Source: Verrucomicrobiota bacterium (GTDB lineage: Bacteria > Verrucomicrobiota > Lentisphaeria > Lentisphaerales > Lentisphaeraceae). From it: a stretch of DNA of 14,424 bases. Shown here piece after piece: positions 6,610 through 14,424 of the stretch. Location: contig JBDKFG010000092.1 of NCBI GenBank assembly GCA_039798785.1, positions 1 to 14,424 on the forward strand, given 5' to 3'. Position 1 is the stretch's first letter, and each line of letters opens with the position of its first letter. The notes under the pieces are model-generated. The model saw only the letters and a program-made list of their open reading frames with translations. It searched no databases and was not told the DNA's origin. Both the position numbers and the translations under genes were made by a program.

Positions 6610-7269
6610 ATGATCGAATTCATTCCCAAGCTTCTTGATGCGGACACCCTGGCGAAAATCCAGGCGCTGGTGCAGCAACATGAGTTCGTCGACGGCAAAA
6701 CCACGGCGAAAGGACTGGCGGCGCAGGCCAAGAACAACCTCCAGGCCAAGCCCATGGAGAAGCTCCAGAACGAGCTGGAATCCATCCTCTTCCCCCTCCT
6801 GCGGGATCACCCCAGGATCGCCGGGCGGATCATGCCGGTGCGCCTCAGCCGGCCCCTGATATCGCGTTACGCCGCCGGCCATAGCTACGGCAAGCATTAT
6901 GACCGCCCGATCATGCAGACGCCCGGTCCCTTGCGTACCGATTTCTCCGCCACGGTTTTTCTCAGCTCCGATTACCAGGGCGGCGAGCTGGTGATCTACG
7001 CCGACGGCGCCGACATGAGGATCAAGGGCAAGGCCGGCGACATCGTTCTCTATCCCTCAGGCCAACTTCATGAAGTCCTGCCAGTCACCGGCGGCGAACG
7101 CCTCGTCCTGGTCCTCTGGATCCAGAGCCTCTTCCGCGACGAGCAGATCCGCCAGACCGTCGCCGAACTTGGCGAAGTCCATAAAAAACTGCGGGAAACG
7201 GATCCCGCAGAAACCTTGAAGCTGCTCCGCGCCATCAACACCTTGACCCGGAAATTCGGCGAGCCGTGA
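6610..7269 (+). CDS. PKHD-type Fe(II)/2-oxoglutarate-dependent hydroxylase (YbiX/PiuC family)
   Basis: FVDGKTTA...AKNNLQ, YGKHYD (HxD), LRTDFSATVFLS, YQGGELVI, LYPS...LHEVLPVTGGER, WIQSLFRD. Start placed at ATG 6610; the upstream extension of the 6073 ORF overlaps moaE. Confidence 0.9.
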   Translation: MIEFIPKLLDADTLAKIQALVQQHEFVDGKTTAKGLAAQAKNNLQAKPMEKLQNELESILFPLLRDHPRIAGRIMPVRLSRPLISRYAAGHSYGKHYDRPIMQTPGPLRTDFSATVFLSSDYQGGELVIYADGADMRIKGKAGDIVLYPSGQLHEVLPVTGGERLVLVLWIQSLFRDEQIRQTVAELGEVHKKLRETDPAETLKLLRAINTLTRKFGEP

Positions 7270-7415
7270 ACTTTGAAGTCGTGCCCGCCACTGTTTGGCC
7301 GGACTTTCAGACTTCGCACTTTGCTCTGCCCAGCCCGATTGCCGCCCCGGCAAAGCGGCGTTAGCTTGGCACAGGCGTCCGGCATTTCGCCGGACCGCAA
7401 GACGAAGAAGTCCCC

Positions 7416-8573
7416 ATGACCTCCCCTGACGACAGCTGCGATGTGGCGCAATGGCGCCGACACCTTCACGCCCACCCGGAACTCGCCTTCGAAGAATACG
7501 CCAGCGCCGATTTCGTCGCCGCCCAGCTGCGTTCCTTCGGCATCACCCGGATCCACCGCGGCCTCGCCGGCACCGGCGTCGTCGCCAGCCTCGACGGACG
7601 CCGCCCCGGCTCCGCCAGTATCGGCCTGCGCGCCGACATGGATGCCCTGCCGGTGCAGGAGGAGAACGGCTTCGAACACCGCTCCCGCCACCCCGGCAAG
7701 ATGCACGCCTGCGGCCACGACGGCCACACGGCCATGCTCCTCGGCGCCGCCCGCGACCTCGCCCGCGATCCTGATTTCGCCGGCACCGTCCACTTCATCT
7801 TCCAACCTGCCGAAGAAGGCGGCGGCGGCGGCAAGCGCATGGTCGAACAGGGCCTCTTCGATCTCTTCCCCTGCGACTCCGTCTACGCCCTCCACAACTG
7901 GCCCGGCCTCCCCGCCGGACACTTCGCTGTCAAACCCGGCCCGATCATGGCCTCCGCCGACCGCTTCGACCTCGTCGTCCACGGCAAAGGCGGTCACGCC
8001 GCCATGCCGCACCGTTGCATCGACCCGGTTCCCGCCGCCGCCCAGATCGTCACCGCCTTGCAAACCCTGGTGTCGCGACGTCTCGACCCGCTGCAGACAG
8101 CCGTCCTCTCGGTCACCCAGTTCCACGCCGGCGACGCCTACAACGTCATCCCCGAACAGGCGGTCCTGCGCGGCACCTTGCGGACCTTCGACGACGGCGT
8201 CCGCGAGGCCTTCATGGCGCGTATCGCCAGCCTCGCCGCGCAACTCGCCGCGGCCCATGGCTGCAGCGCCGAACTGAGCTGGAAGGAGGGCTATTGCGCC
8301 ACCGTCAACCACCCCGCCCAAGCGAGCAAAGGGGCGCAAGCCGCCGCCAGCGTCGTCGGAGCCGACAAGGTCAACCCGGCCTGCGAGCCGAGCATGGCCT
8401 CGGAGGACTTCTCCTACATGTTGCGAGCCCGTCCCGGCGCCTACATGTTCATCGGCAACGGCCCCGGCGAAGGCGGCTGCACCCTGCATAACCCCCACTA
8501 CGACTTCAACGACGCCATCCTCCCCACCGGCATCGCCTTCTGGCGCGCTCTGGTCCGGCAGGAACTGGCGTAA
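7416..8573 (+). CDS. M20D family amidohydrolase (hippurate hydrolase / aminoacylase-like)
   Basis: WRRHLHAHPELAFEE, LRADMDALP, MHACGHDGH, FQPAEEG, GKGGHAAMPH, SEDFSY, LHNPHYDFND. Confidence 0.95.
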   Translation: MTSPDDSCDVAQWRRHLHAHPELAFEEYASADFVAAQLRSFGITRIHRGLAGTGVVASLDGRRPGSASIGLRADMDALPVQEENGFEHRSRHPGKMHACGHDGHTAMLLGAARDLARDPDFAGTVHFIFQPAEEGGGGGKRMVEQGLFDLFPCDSVYALHNWPGLPAGHFAVKPGPIMASADRFDLVVHGKGGHAAMPHRCIDPVPAAAQIVTALQTLVSRRLDPLQTAVLSVTQFHAGDAYNVIPEQAVLRGTLRTFDDGVREAFMARIASLAAQLAAAHGCSAELSWKEGYCATVNHPAQASKGAQAAASVVGADKVNPACEPSMASEDFSYMLRARPGAYMFIGNGPGEGGCTLHNPHYDFNDAILPTGIAFWRALVRQELA

Positions 8574-8629
8574 GGATTTTAGGGCGACAAACGACCTGTA
8601 GCTTCCAACTTTAAACTGCTTAAACTCAC

Positions 8630-9040
8630 ATGCCGCTTCTCCGCCCCCTTCTCCGCTTCCTCTGTCTCCTGCCCGGGCTGATCGCCCTGGTCTGGACGCC
8701 TTGGCTCTTGCTCGGATTGGTGGCTTGGTTCTATCTCATTCCACTCGTCCTGATCGCACTGCACCAGGCCTTGGCGCCGCGCCTGATTTCCTGGCCGGCG
8801 CGCTTGGAATCGCGGCTCTGTCCCTGGCCGCGACTGGCTCGCGCCGCCCTGCTTTTGCGCTTGGCGCAACAACGCCGTGAAGGCCAGCTCGCCAGCCTCG
8901 ATTGCCCCGTCGCCCCTCCGGTCGACCGCTTCGAATGCGTCGCTGTTCTGGCCGCCGCCGAGGCCTCAGGAGATGTCGATGCTCGCGCCGAACTTCTCAG
9001 CCGTTGGCCGAGTCACTTGAAACTAAAAACTCGCAATTGA
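8630..9040 (+). CDS. Hypothetical membrane protein
   Basis: 136 aa filling the gap between the amidohydrolase and ileS on the same strand. The N-terminal ~45 aa are strongly hydrophobic (about two TM segments). Confidence 0.55.
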   Translation: MPLLRPLLRFLCLLPGLIALVWTPWLLLGLVAWFYLIPLVLIALHQALAPRLISWPARLESRLCPWPRLARAALLLRLAQQRREGQLASLDCPVAPPVDRFECVAVLAAAEASGDVDARAELLSRWPSHLKLKTRN

Positions 9041-9088
9041 GGGCTTGAAGGGACCCGGTTAACCCGGGGTTTCTGTGCTCATACCCGG

Positions 9089-9116
9089 CTTCGTGTCTTC
9101 GTGCCTCCGTGGTGAA
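9089..9116. repeat. Octamer tandem repeat (CTTCGTGN x3)
   Basis: cttcgtgt cttcgtgc ctccgtgg tgaa. Confidence 0.75.
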
Positions 9117-9155
9117 TTCCTCTGTGCTGTTTTCCGCCCTTCCCCGTCCCAGCGT

Positions 9156-9183
9156 TTGACGCCCCCGCCCGAAGCGGCATTTT
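9156..9183 (+). promoter_or_regulatory. Possible sigma70-type promoter of ileS
   Basis: TTGACG (9156-9161), 16-nt spacer, CATTTT (9178-9183), ending 37 nt before the ATG at 9221. Confidence 0.35.
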
Positions 9184-9220
9184 CTCGGGTTCCAATTTCA
9201 AAACCCCCCGAGAGCCCCGC

Positions 9221-12200
9221 ATGAGCCAAGAAGCCGCCGCCCCACAAGAGTCCTTCTCCTTCGTCAACACCGAGCACGGCATCCTCAAGTTCTGGAAGGA
9301 CAACCAGATCTTCGAGAAGTCCCTCGCCGCGACCAAGGAAAAGCCGCCCTACATCTTCTACGACGGCCCTCCCTTCGCCACCGGCCTGCCCCACCACGGC
9401 CACCTCGTCGGCTCCATCCTCAAGGACATCGTCCCCCGCTACTTCACCATGAAGGGCCGCTACGTCGAACGCCGCTTCGGCTGGGACTGCCACGGGCTCC
9501 CCATCGAACACGAAATCGACAAGAAACTCGGCCTCTCCGCCCAGGAAGCCGTCGCCCAGCTCGGCATCGCCGGCTACAACGCCGAATGCCGCGGCATCGT
9601 CCAGCGCTACACCTCCGAATGGGAAAAAACCATCACCCGCATCGGCCGCTGGGTCGACTTCGAGAACGACTACAAAACCATGGACCCCTCCTTCATGGAG
9701 TCCTGCTGGTGGGTCTTCCAGCAGCTCTGGGAGAAAAACCTCGTCTACCAAGGCGTCAAAGTCGTACCCTTCTCCACCGCCCTCGGCACCGTCCTCTCCA
9801 ACTTCGAGGCGGGCTCGAACTACAAGGACGTCCAGGACCCGGCCATCACCATCCTCTTCAAGGCGGAGGGCGAGGACAACACCTACTTCGCCGCCTGGAC
9901 CACCACCCCCTGGACCCTGCCCTCCAACCTCTGCCTCTGCGTCAACGCCGAGCTCGATTACGTCAAGATCCGCGACGAAGACTCCGGCAAGCTCCTGATC
10001 ATGGGCGCCCCCCTCGTCGAAGGCTACCGCAAGAAACACAAGCTCTCCGAGCCGCTCGCCACCTTCAAAGGCTCCGAACTCAAGGGCCGCCGCTACGCCC
10101 CGCTCTTCCCCTACTTTGCGGAGCTCGCCAACGACGGCGCCTTCCAGATCCTCAACGACGCCTACGTCACCGCCGACGGCGGCACCGGCATCGTCCACAT
10201 CGCCCCCGCCTTCGGTGAGGACGACAACCGTGTCATGCGCGAAGCCGGCCTGAAAATGGCGGTCTGCCCCGTCGATGACGCCGGCAAGTTCACCAAGGAA
10301 GTCGGCGACTACAAAGGCATCTACGTCAAGGACGCCGACAAGGACATCATCCACCGCCTCAAGGAAGAGGGCAAGCTCTTCGAACGCGCCCAGTTCACCC
10401 ACAGCTACCCCTTCTGCCCGCGCTCGGACACCCCGCTCATCTACAAGGCGATCCCCTCCTGGTACGTCAAGGTCGAAGAGCTGCGCGAACGCATGCTCGC
10501 CGCCAACGCCCAGATCCACTGGGTCCCCGAGCACATCAAGGACGGCCGCTTCGGCAACTGGCTCGCCAACGCCCGCGACTGGGCGATCTCCCGCAACCGC
10601 GTCTGGGGCACCCCGCTGCCCATCTGGATCAACGACGAAACCAACTCGCGCCACTGCATCGGCTCGATCGCCGAACTCGAAAAACTCACCGGCACCAAGA
10701 TCGCCGACCTGCACCGCGAGAATGTCGACGGCCTGACCTTCACCAAGGCCGGCGAACCCGGCACCTACCGCCGCATCCCCGAGGTCTTCGACTGCTGGTT
10801 CGAATCGGGCTCCATGCCCTACGCCCAGCTCCACTACCCCTTCGAAAACCAGCAGATGTTCAAGGATGGCTTCCCCGCCGAATTCATCGCCGAAGGTCTC
10901 GACCAGACCCGCGGCTGGTTCTACACCCTCACCGTCCTCTCCACCGCGCTCTACGACAAGCCGGCCTTCCGCAACGTCATCGTCAACGGCCTCGTCCTCG
11001 CCCAGGACGGGGAGAAGATGTCGAAGCGCAAGAAGAACTACACCGCGCCCGACGAACTGATGGAGCGCTTCGGCGCCGACGCCCTCCGCCTCTACCTCAT
11101 CACCTCGGGCCTGGTCAAAGGCGATGAACTCAAGTTCAAGGACGACGAAGTGCGCGACATGGTCCGCCGCGCCCTCCTCCCCTGGTTCAACTCCTTCAAG
11201 TTCTACTCCACCTACGCCGAAGTCGACGGCTTCGACCTCGCCAAGCACCGCACCGAGTCGACCAACATCCTCGACAAGTGGCTGCTCTCCAACCTCCAGA
11301 CCCTCAAGAAGAACATCGCCGCCGAGATGGAGGCCTACCACCTCTACAACGTCGTCCCGGCCCTGCTCACCTTCATCGAAGACCTCACCAACACCTACAT
11401 CCGCCTCAACCGCCCCCGCTTCTGGTCGGAAGGCACGCTGGAGGAGAACGCCGACAAACGCGCCGCCTTCACCACGCTGCACACCGCGCTGCGTGAACTG
11501 GCCCTCGCCATGGCGCCCTTCTCGCCCTTCTTCGCCGAACACTCCTTCCAAGAACTCAAGAAGCTCGACAAAGGCGAAAAAGCCCTCTCGGTCCACCTCT
11601 GCTCCTACCCGGAAGCCGACGAGTCGAAGATCGACGCGCTCCTCGAAAAAGCGGTCAGCCGCATGACCCAGATCCTCGAACTCGGCCGCAACAAGCGCAC
11701 CCAGGTCAAGATCAAGGTCAAGACCCCCCTCAAATCGCTCACCGTCATCCACAAGGACGCCCTGCTCCTCAAGGAGATCGCCCTCCTCGAGTCCTACATC
11801 CAGGCCGAGCTCAACGTCAAGGAAGTGCGCTACGCGCAAAACGAAGAAGCCTTCATCAAGCTCATCGCCCAGCCCAACCTCCCGGTCCTCGGCAAGGAAC
11901 TCGGCAAGGAGATGGGACGCTTCACCGGCCTGATCAAAGCCCTGCCCTCGACCGAACTCGCCAAGCTCGAAGAATCCGGCACCCTGACCATCGGCGGACG
12001 CGACTTCAACAAGAACGAGATCAAGGTCCTCCGCGAAGCCCTCCCCGGCACCAACGCGGTCTCCAACTCGCTCATCTCCATCGACCTCGACTGCACCCTC
12101 GACGAAGCCCTCGCCCGCGAGGGCCTCGCCCGCGAGATCGTCAAACGTATCCAGGAAACCCGCAAGAAATCGGGCTTCAAGGTGGCCGACCGAATCAAGA

Positions 12201-12364
12201 TCACCCTCACCGGTTCCAGCGACGTCCTCGAAGCCGCCGCCGAACACAAAGCCTACATCTGCGACGAGACTTTGGGGCTTGAGCTCACGATTGCGGAACC
12301 CGCAAACGCCACAGTGTTCGACATCGAGGGCTCGGAGCTGAAGCTGGGGATCAGCAAGGCCTGA
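9221..12364 (+). CDS. ileS: Isoleucyl-tRNA synthetase, type 2 (archaeal/eukaryote-like IleRS2)
   Basis: FYDGPPFATGLPHHGH (HIGH motif), GWDCHGLP, WTTTPWTLPSN, GTGIVHIAPAFGEDD, DWAISRNRVWGTPLP, EGLDQTRGWFY, KMSKR. The long C-terminus (REIVKRIQETRK...DRI) lacks the CxxC zinc-finger tail of IleRS1. Confidence 0.98.
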   Translation: MSQEAAAPQESFSFVNTEHGILKFWKDNQIFEKSLAATKEKPPYIFYDGPPFATGLPHHGHLVGSILKDIVPRYFTMKGRYVERRFGWDCHGLPIEHEIDKKLGLSAQEAVAQLGIAGYNAECRGIVQRYTSEWEKTITRIGRWVDFENDYKTMDPSFMESCWWVFQQLWEKNLVYQGVKVVPFSTALGTVLSNFEAGSNYKDVQDPAITILFKAEGEDNTYFAAWTTTPWTLPSNLCLCVNAELDYVKIRDEDSGKLLIMGAPLVEGYRKKHKLSEPLATFKGSELKGRRYAPLFPYFAELANDGAFQILNDAYVTADGGTGIVHIAPAFGEDDNRVMREAGLKMAVCPVDDAGKFTKEVGDYKGIYVKDADKDIIHRLKEEGKLFERAQFTHSYPFCPRSDTPLIYKAIPSWYVKVEELRERMLAANAQIHWVPEHIKDGRFGNWLANARDWAISRNRVWGTPLPIWINDETNSRHCIGSIAELEKLTGTKIADLHRENVDGLTFTKAGEPGTYRRIPEVFDCWFESGSMPYAQLHYPFENQQMFKDGFPAEFIAEGLDQTRGWFYTLTVLSTALYDKPAFRNVIVNGLVLAQDGEKMSKRKKNYTAPDELMERFGADALRLYLITSGLVKGDELKFKDDEVRDMVRRALLPWFNSFKFYSTYAEVDGFDLAKHRTESTNILDKWLLSNLQTLKKNIAAEMEAYHLYNVVPALLTFIEDLTNTYIRLNRPRFWSEGTLEENADKRAAFTTLHTALRELALAMAPFSPFFAEHSFQELKKLDKGEKALSVHLCSYPEADESKIDALLEKAVSRMTQILELGRNKRTQVKIKVKTPLKSLTVIHKDALLLKEIALLESYIQAELNVKEVRYAQNEEAFIKLIAQPNLPVLGKELGKEMGRFTGLIKALPSTELAKLEESGTLTIGGRDFNKNEIKVLREALPGTNAVSNSLISIDLDCTLDEALAREGLAREIVKRIQETRKKSGFKVADRIKITLTGSSDVLEAAAEHKAYICDETLGLELTIAEPANATVFDIEGSELKLGISKA

Positions 12365-12381
12365 ACGCCCTCGCCTGGGAG

Positions 12382-12401
12382 CCCCGCATGCCGATGCGGG
12401 G
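12382..12401. terminator. GC-rich hairpin after ileS (terminator-like or REP-like)
   Basis: ccccgcat-gccg-atgcgggg, a perfect 8-bp stem 17 nt after the stop. There is no U-tract, so it is not a canonical intrinsic terminator. Confidence 0.45.
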
Positions 12402-12463
12402 GCGATTGGGATGATTTCTGGCCAGTACTTTATCTGCCACCATATAAACAACTGAGGCAAAAA

Positions 12464-14203
12464 ATGAGTCATGCTTTTGTGATAGCTAGAATTTACGTTG
12501 CTGCGGCACTGTTTTTATTGATCATTTTTTCATGTCAAAAAAAGCCCGTTGATCCGACACCTCTTTTTACTGCAGCTAACAGCGGTAATCTCAAGGATCT
12601 TGAGCGGGCACTTTCCTCTGGAATCTACATCAACGAATGCGATAATAATGGCGACTCAGCTTTGAGTATTGCCACCAAAAATGGCAATATTGAAATGGTG
12701 AAATTCTTGCTTGAAAAAAAAGCTGGTGGGACGCGGAATAAAAAAGGCAAGTCCCCGTTCGAGATTGCGATTGATTTTAGCAATATTGAAATGGTAAAAT
12801 TATTTTTAGATCATGGCATGAGGTCTGGATTAAACTCAACTTATGACACGTGGTTACCGATACACGAAGCTGCGTTCGTAGGCAACGTTGAAATTATTAA
12901 AATTCTGCTAGAATATGGGTCTAAATGTAATGCCAAATCTTCTATTAAGGAGGAGCCTCTTTATATTGCATCTAAATATGGAAATTTGGACGCCGTAAAA
13001 TGTCTTATATCAGCTGGAGCGAATATAAATTCTCGTAGCAACTATACGGAAAAAAGACCTATTGACATTGCTGCTCATAATGGGAATATTGAAATAGTAA
13101 AATTTCTGATTCAGTCAGGTTCTCAAATGGGTGCTACAGCTGATGCAATAATTCCAACAATACATTTTGCGGCAAGAGCCGGCCATCTTGAAATTGTAAA
13201 ATTATTACTTCGCAGTGGAGCTCGTATTGATGATACGATTAACGATGATAAGCGCAATAATGTTCTACACGAGGCAGCGGAAGGTGGCCAAGTGCAAGTC
13301 ATGCAGTACTTGATAGCATTAGGAGCCAGGGTTCAAGAGCCAAATGGTTGGGAGCGAACACCACTTCATTTGGCCTGCGAAAACGGCCGTGTTGAGGCAG
13401 TTGATTACTTAATCAAGCAGAAATCTCGTATTGATGCCTTTGATAACCTTGGTCGGGAACCTCTTCATTGGGGCGCGTGGTCTGGAAATGCGAGTATTGT
13501 CAAAATGCTGCTCGAAGCTGGGGCTAATCTGGAGGCCAAACATCGATATGCAGACACACCACTTGAGTTAGCTGCATATCAAGGTAACCCGGAGGTTTTA
13601 AAGATTCTTATTGATGCTGGAGCCAATATAAATTATGTCAATTCACAAGGAAGACATCCTATTCATGTAGCTGCTTGGCGAGATAATGTAGATGCTGTTA
13701 AAGTCCTGGAAAAATATGGCTCAAAATTGGATGCCAAAGTTATAGATTTAGCAATACATTCTTGCGATAATTCTTGTAAATTTAAAGTTCTAGAATATTT
13801 ATTGAGTGAGGGAATGAAGGTGGATCCGAATAAATATAATGAGGTTTTATGTTTTGCTTGCATGAACAACAATGAAAAGTTACTTAGATTACTTGTCTCT
13901 TCAGGTTGCTCGGTTGAATCCCCATGTAATGGAGACAGGCCCATACATTGGGCGGCAAAATTTGGTACATCAGAAAATATGAAATTCTTGATTTCGTCAG
14001 GCGTTAAAATTGATAGTCAAAATGAAAATGGGGAACAAGCGATCCATGTTGCGGTAAGTTGGGGCAACCAGGAGATAATTAAAATTTTACTGGCTAATGG
14101 AGCTAGCGTGGATGCCAAAACAAAAAATGGATTAACTCCTTATGATGTAGCAATAAAACACAATCGTCGTGATGTTGCAGGATGGATTTCAAAACAAAAA
14201 TAA
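12464..14203 (+). CDS. Ankyrin-repeat protein (~17 repeats), probable lipoprotein
   Basis: Repeated (T/E)PLHxAAxxG(N/H)xExVKxLLxxGA units across the whole length. A hydrophobic N-terminal stretch ends in IFS-C24 followed by QKK. GAGG precedes the ATG. The DNA is markedly AT-rich. Confidence 0.93.
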   Translation: MSHAFVIARIYVAAALFLLIIFSCQKKPVDPTPLFTAANSGNLKDLERALSSGIYINECDNNGDSALSIATKNGNIEMVKFLLEKKAGGTRNKKGKSPFEIAIDFSNIEMVKLFLDHGMRSGLNSTYDTWLPIHEAAFVGNVEIIKILLEYGSKCNAKSSIKEEPLYIASKYGNLDAVKCLISAGANINSRSNYTEKRPIDIAAHNGNIEIVKFLIQSGSQMGATADAIIPTIHFAARAGHLEIVKLLLRSGARIDDTINDDKRNNVLHEAAEGGQVQVMQYLIALGARVQEPNGWERTPLHLACENGRVEAVDYLIKQKSRIDAFDNLGREPLHWGAWSGNASIVKMLLEAGANLEAKHRYADTPLELAAYQGNPEVLKILIDAGANINYVNSQGRHPIHVAAWRDNVDAVKVLEKYGSKLDAKVIDLAIHSCDNSCKFKVLEYLLSEGMKVDPNKYNEVLCFACMNNNEKLLRLLVSSGCSVESPCNGDRPIHWAAKFGTSENMKFLISSGVKIDSQNENGEQAIHVAVSWGNQEIIKILLANGASVDAKTKNGLTPYDVAIKHNRRDVAGWISKQK

Positions 14204-14209
14204 AAACCT

Positions 14210-14327
14210 GCATTAGGGCATTAGGAGCCAAGGCCCTAAGCCCTAGGTGCCAAGGCCCTAAGCCCTGAGCACTAGTGCTCAGCTCCTTAATTGACTGCGA
14301 GCCGCCGAGCCCTAGGTGCCAGGCACC
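14210..14327. repeat. Cluster of direct repeats and palindromes
   Basis: gcattagg x2 (14210-14225); 22-bp tandem tagg(a/t)gccaaggccctaagccc (14222-14243, 14244-14265); perfect 18-bp palindrome CTGAGCACTAGTGCTCAG (14265-14282); 14-bp re-copy agccctaggtgcca (14308-14321); GGTGCC-A-GGCACC inverted repeat (14315-14327). Confidence 0.85.
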
Positions 14328-14424
14328 CCAAATTCTCACCCACTTAGGATCTATGTCATAATCCCAAGCTGCCTGCTTGCTTTTTCTTGTTTTTCATATA
14401 TCCTATTTAGAGACAAGGCAAGAA

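Noticed and set aside
620..8498. Long minus-strand ORFs (620-2128, 2089-3222, 3238-4503, 4627-5832, 6036-6785, 7068-8498)
   Set aside because: Each lies antisense to a better-supported + strand gene; typical high-GC shadow frames.
9041..9220. T-box riboswitch upstream of ileS
   Set aside because: No T-box consensus or terminator/antiterminator is recognisable, and the leader after the candidate promoter is too short.
3405..11666. Alternative-frame + strand ORFs rich in Arg/Pro/Ser (e.g. 3410-4036, 7441-8277, 9586-10218, 11124-11666)
   Set aside because: Off-frame products of GC-rich genes, with low complexity and no motifs.
9059..12472. 1137-aa minus-strand ORF
   Set aside because: Antisense shadow of ileS caused by its strong codon bias; no recognisable motifs.
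14210..14327. CRISPR array
   Set aside because: Repeats are adjacent or irregularly spaced, with no spacer series and no cas genes.

Overview
High-GC bacterial chromosomal segment with all credible genes on the + strand. From left to right it contains: an AT-richer, repeat-rich intergenic region; a coupled two-gene unit encoding a small winged-helix protein and a divergent tubulin/FtsZ-superfamily GTPase; a large TPR-like protein; a molybdenum-cofactor cluster (mobB-mobA fusion, moaD, moaE); a PKHD-type Fe(II)/2OG hydroxylase; an M20 amidohydrolase; a small membrane protein; a type-2 isoleucyl-tRNA synthetase; and an AT-rich ankyrin-repeat lipoprotein gene bounded by palindromic repeats. The most notable element is the wHTH + tubulin-like pair. 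It is preceded by two inverted arrays of 5-bp repeats, giving a TubC-TubR-TubZ-like (type III partition) layout among housekeeping genes, with no plasmid or phage markers in the window. The tubulin homologue ends in a basic amphipathic helix. All calls come from reading motifs by eye; no database searches were run.
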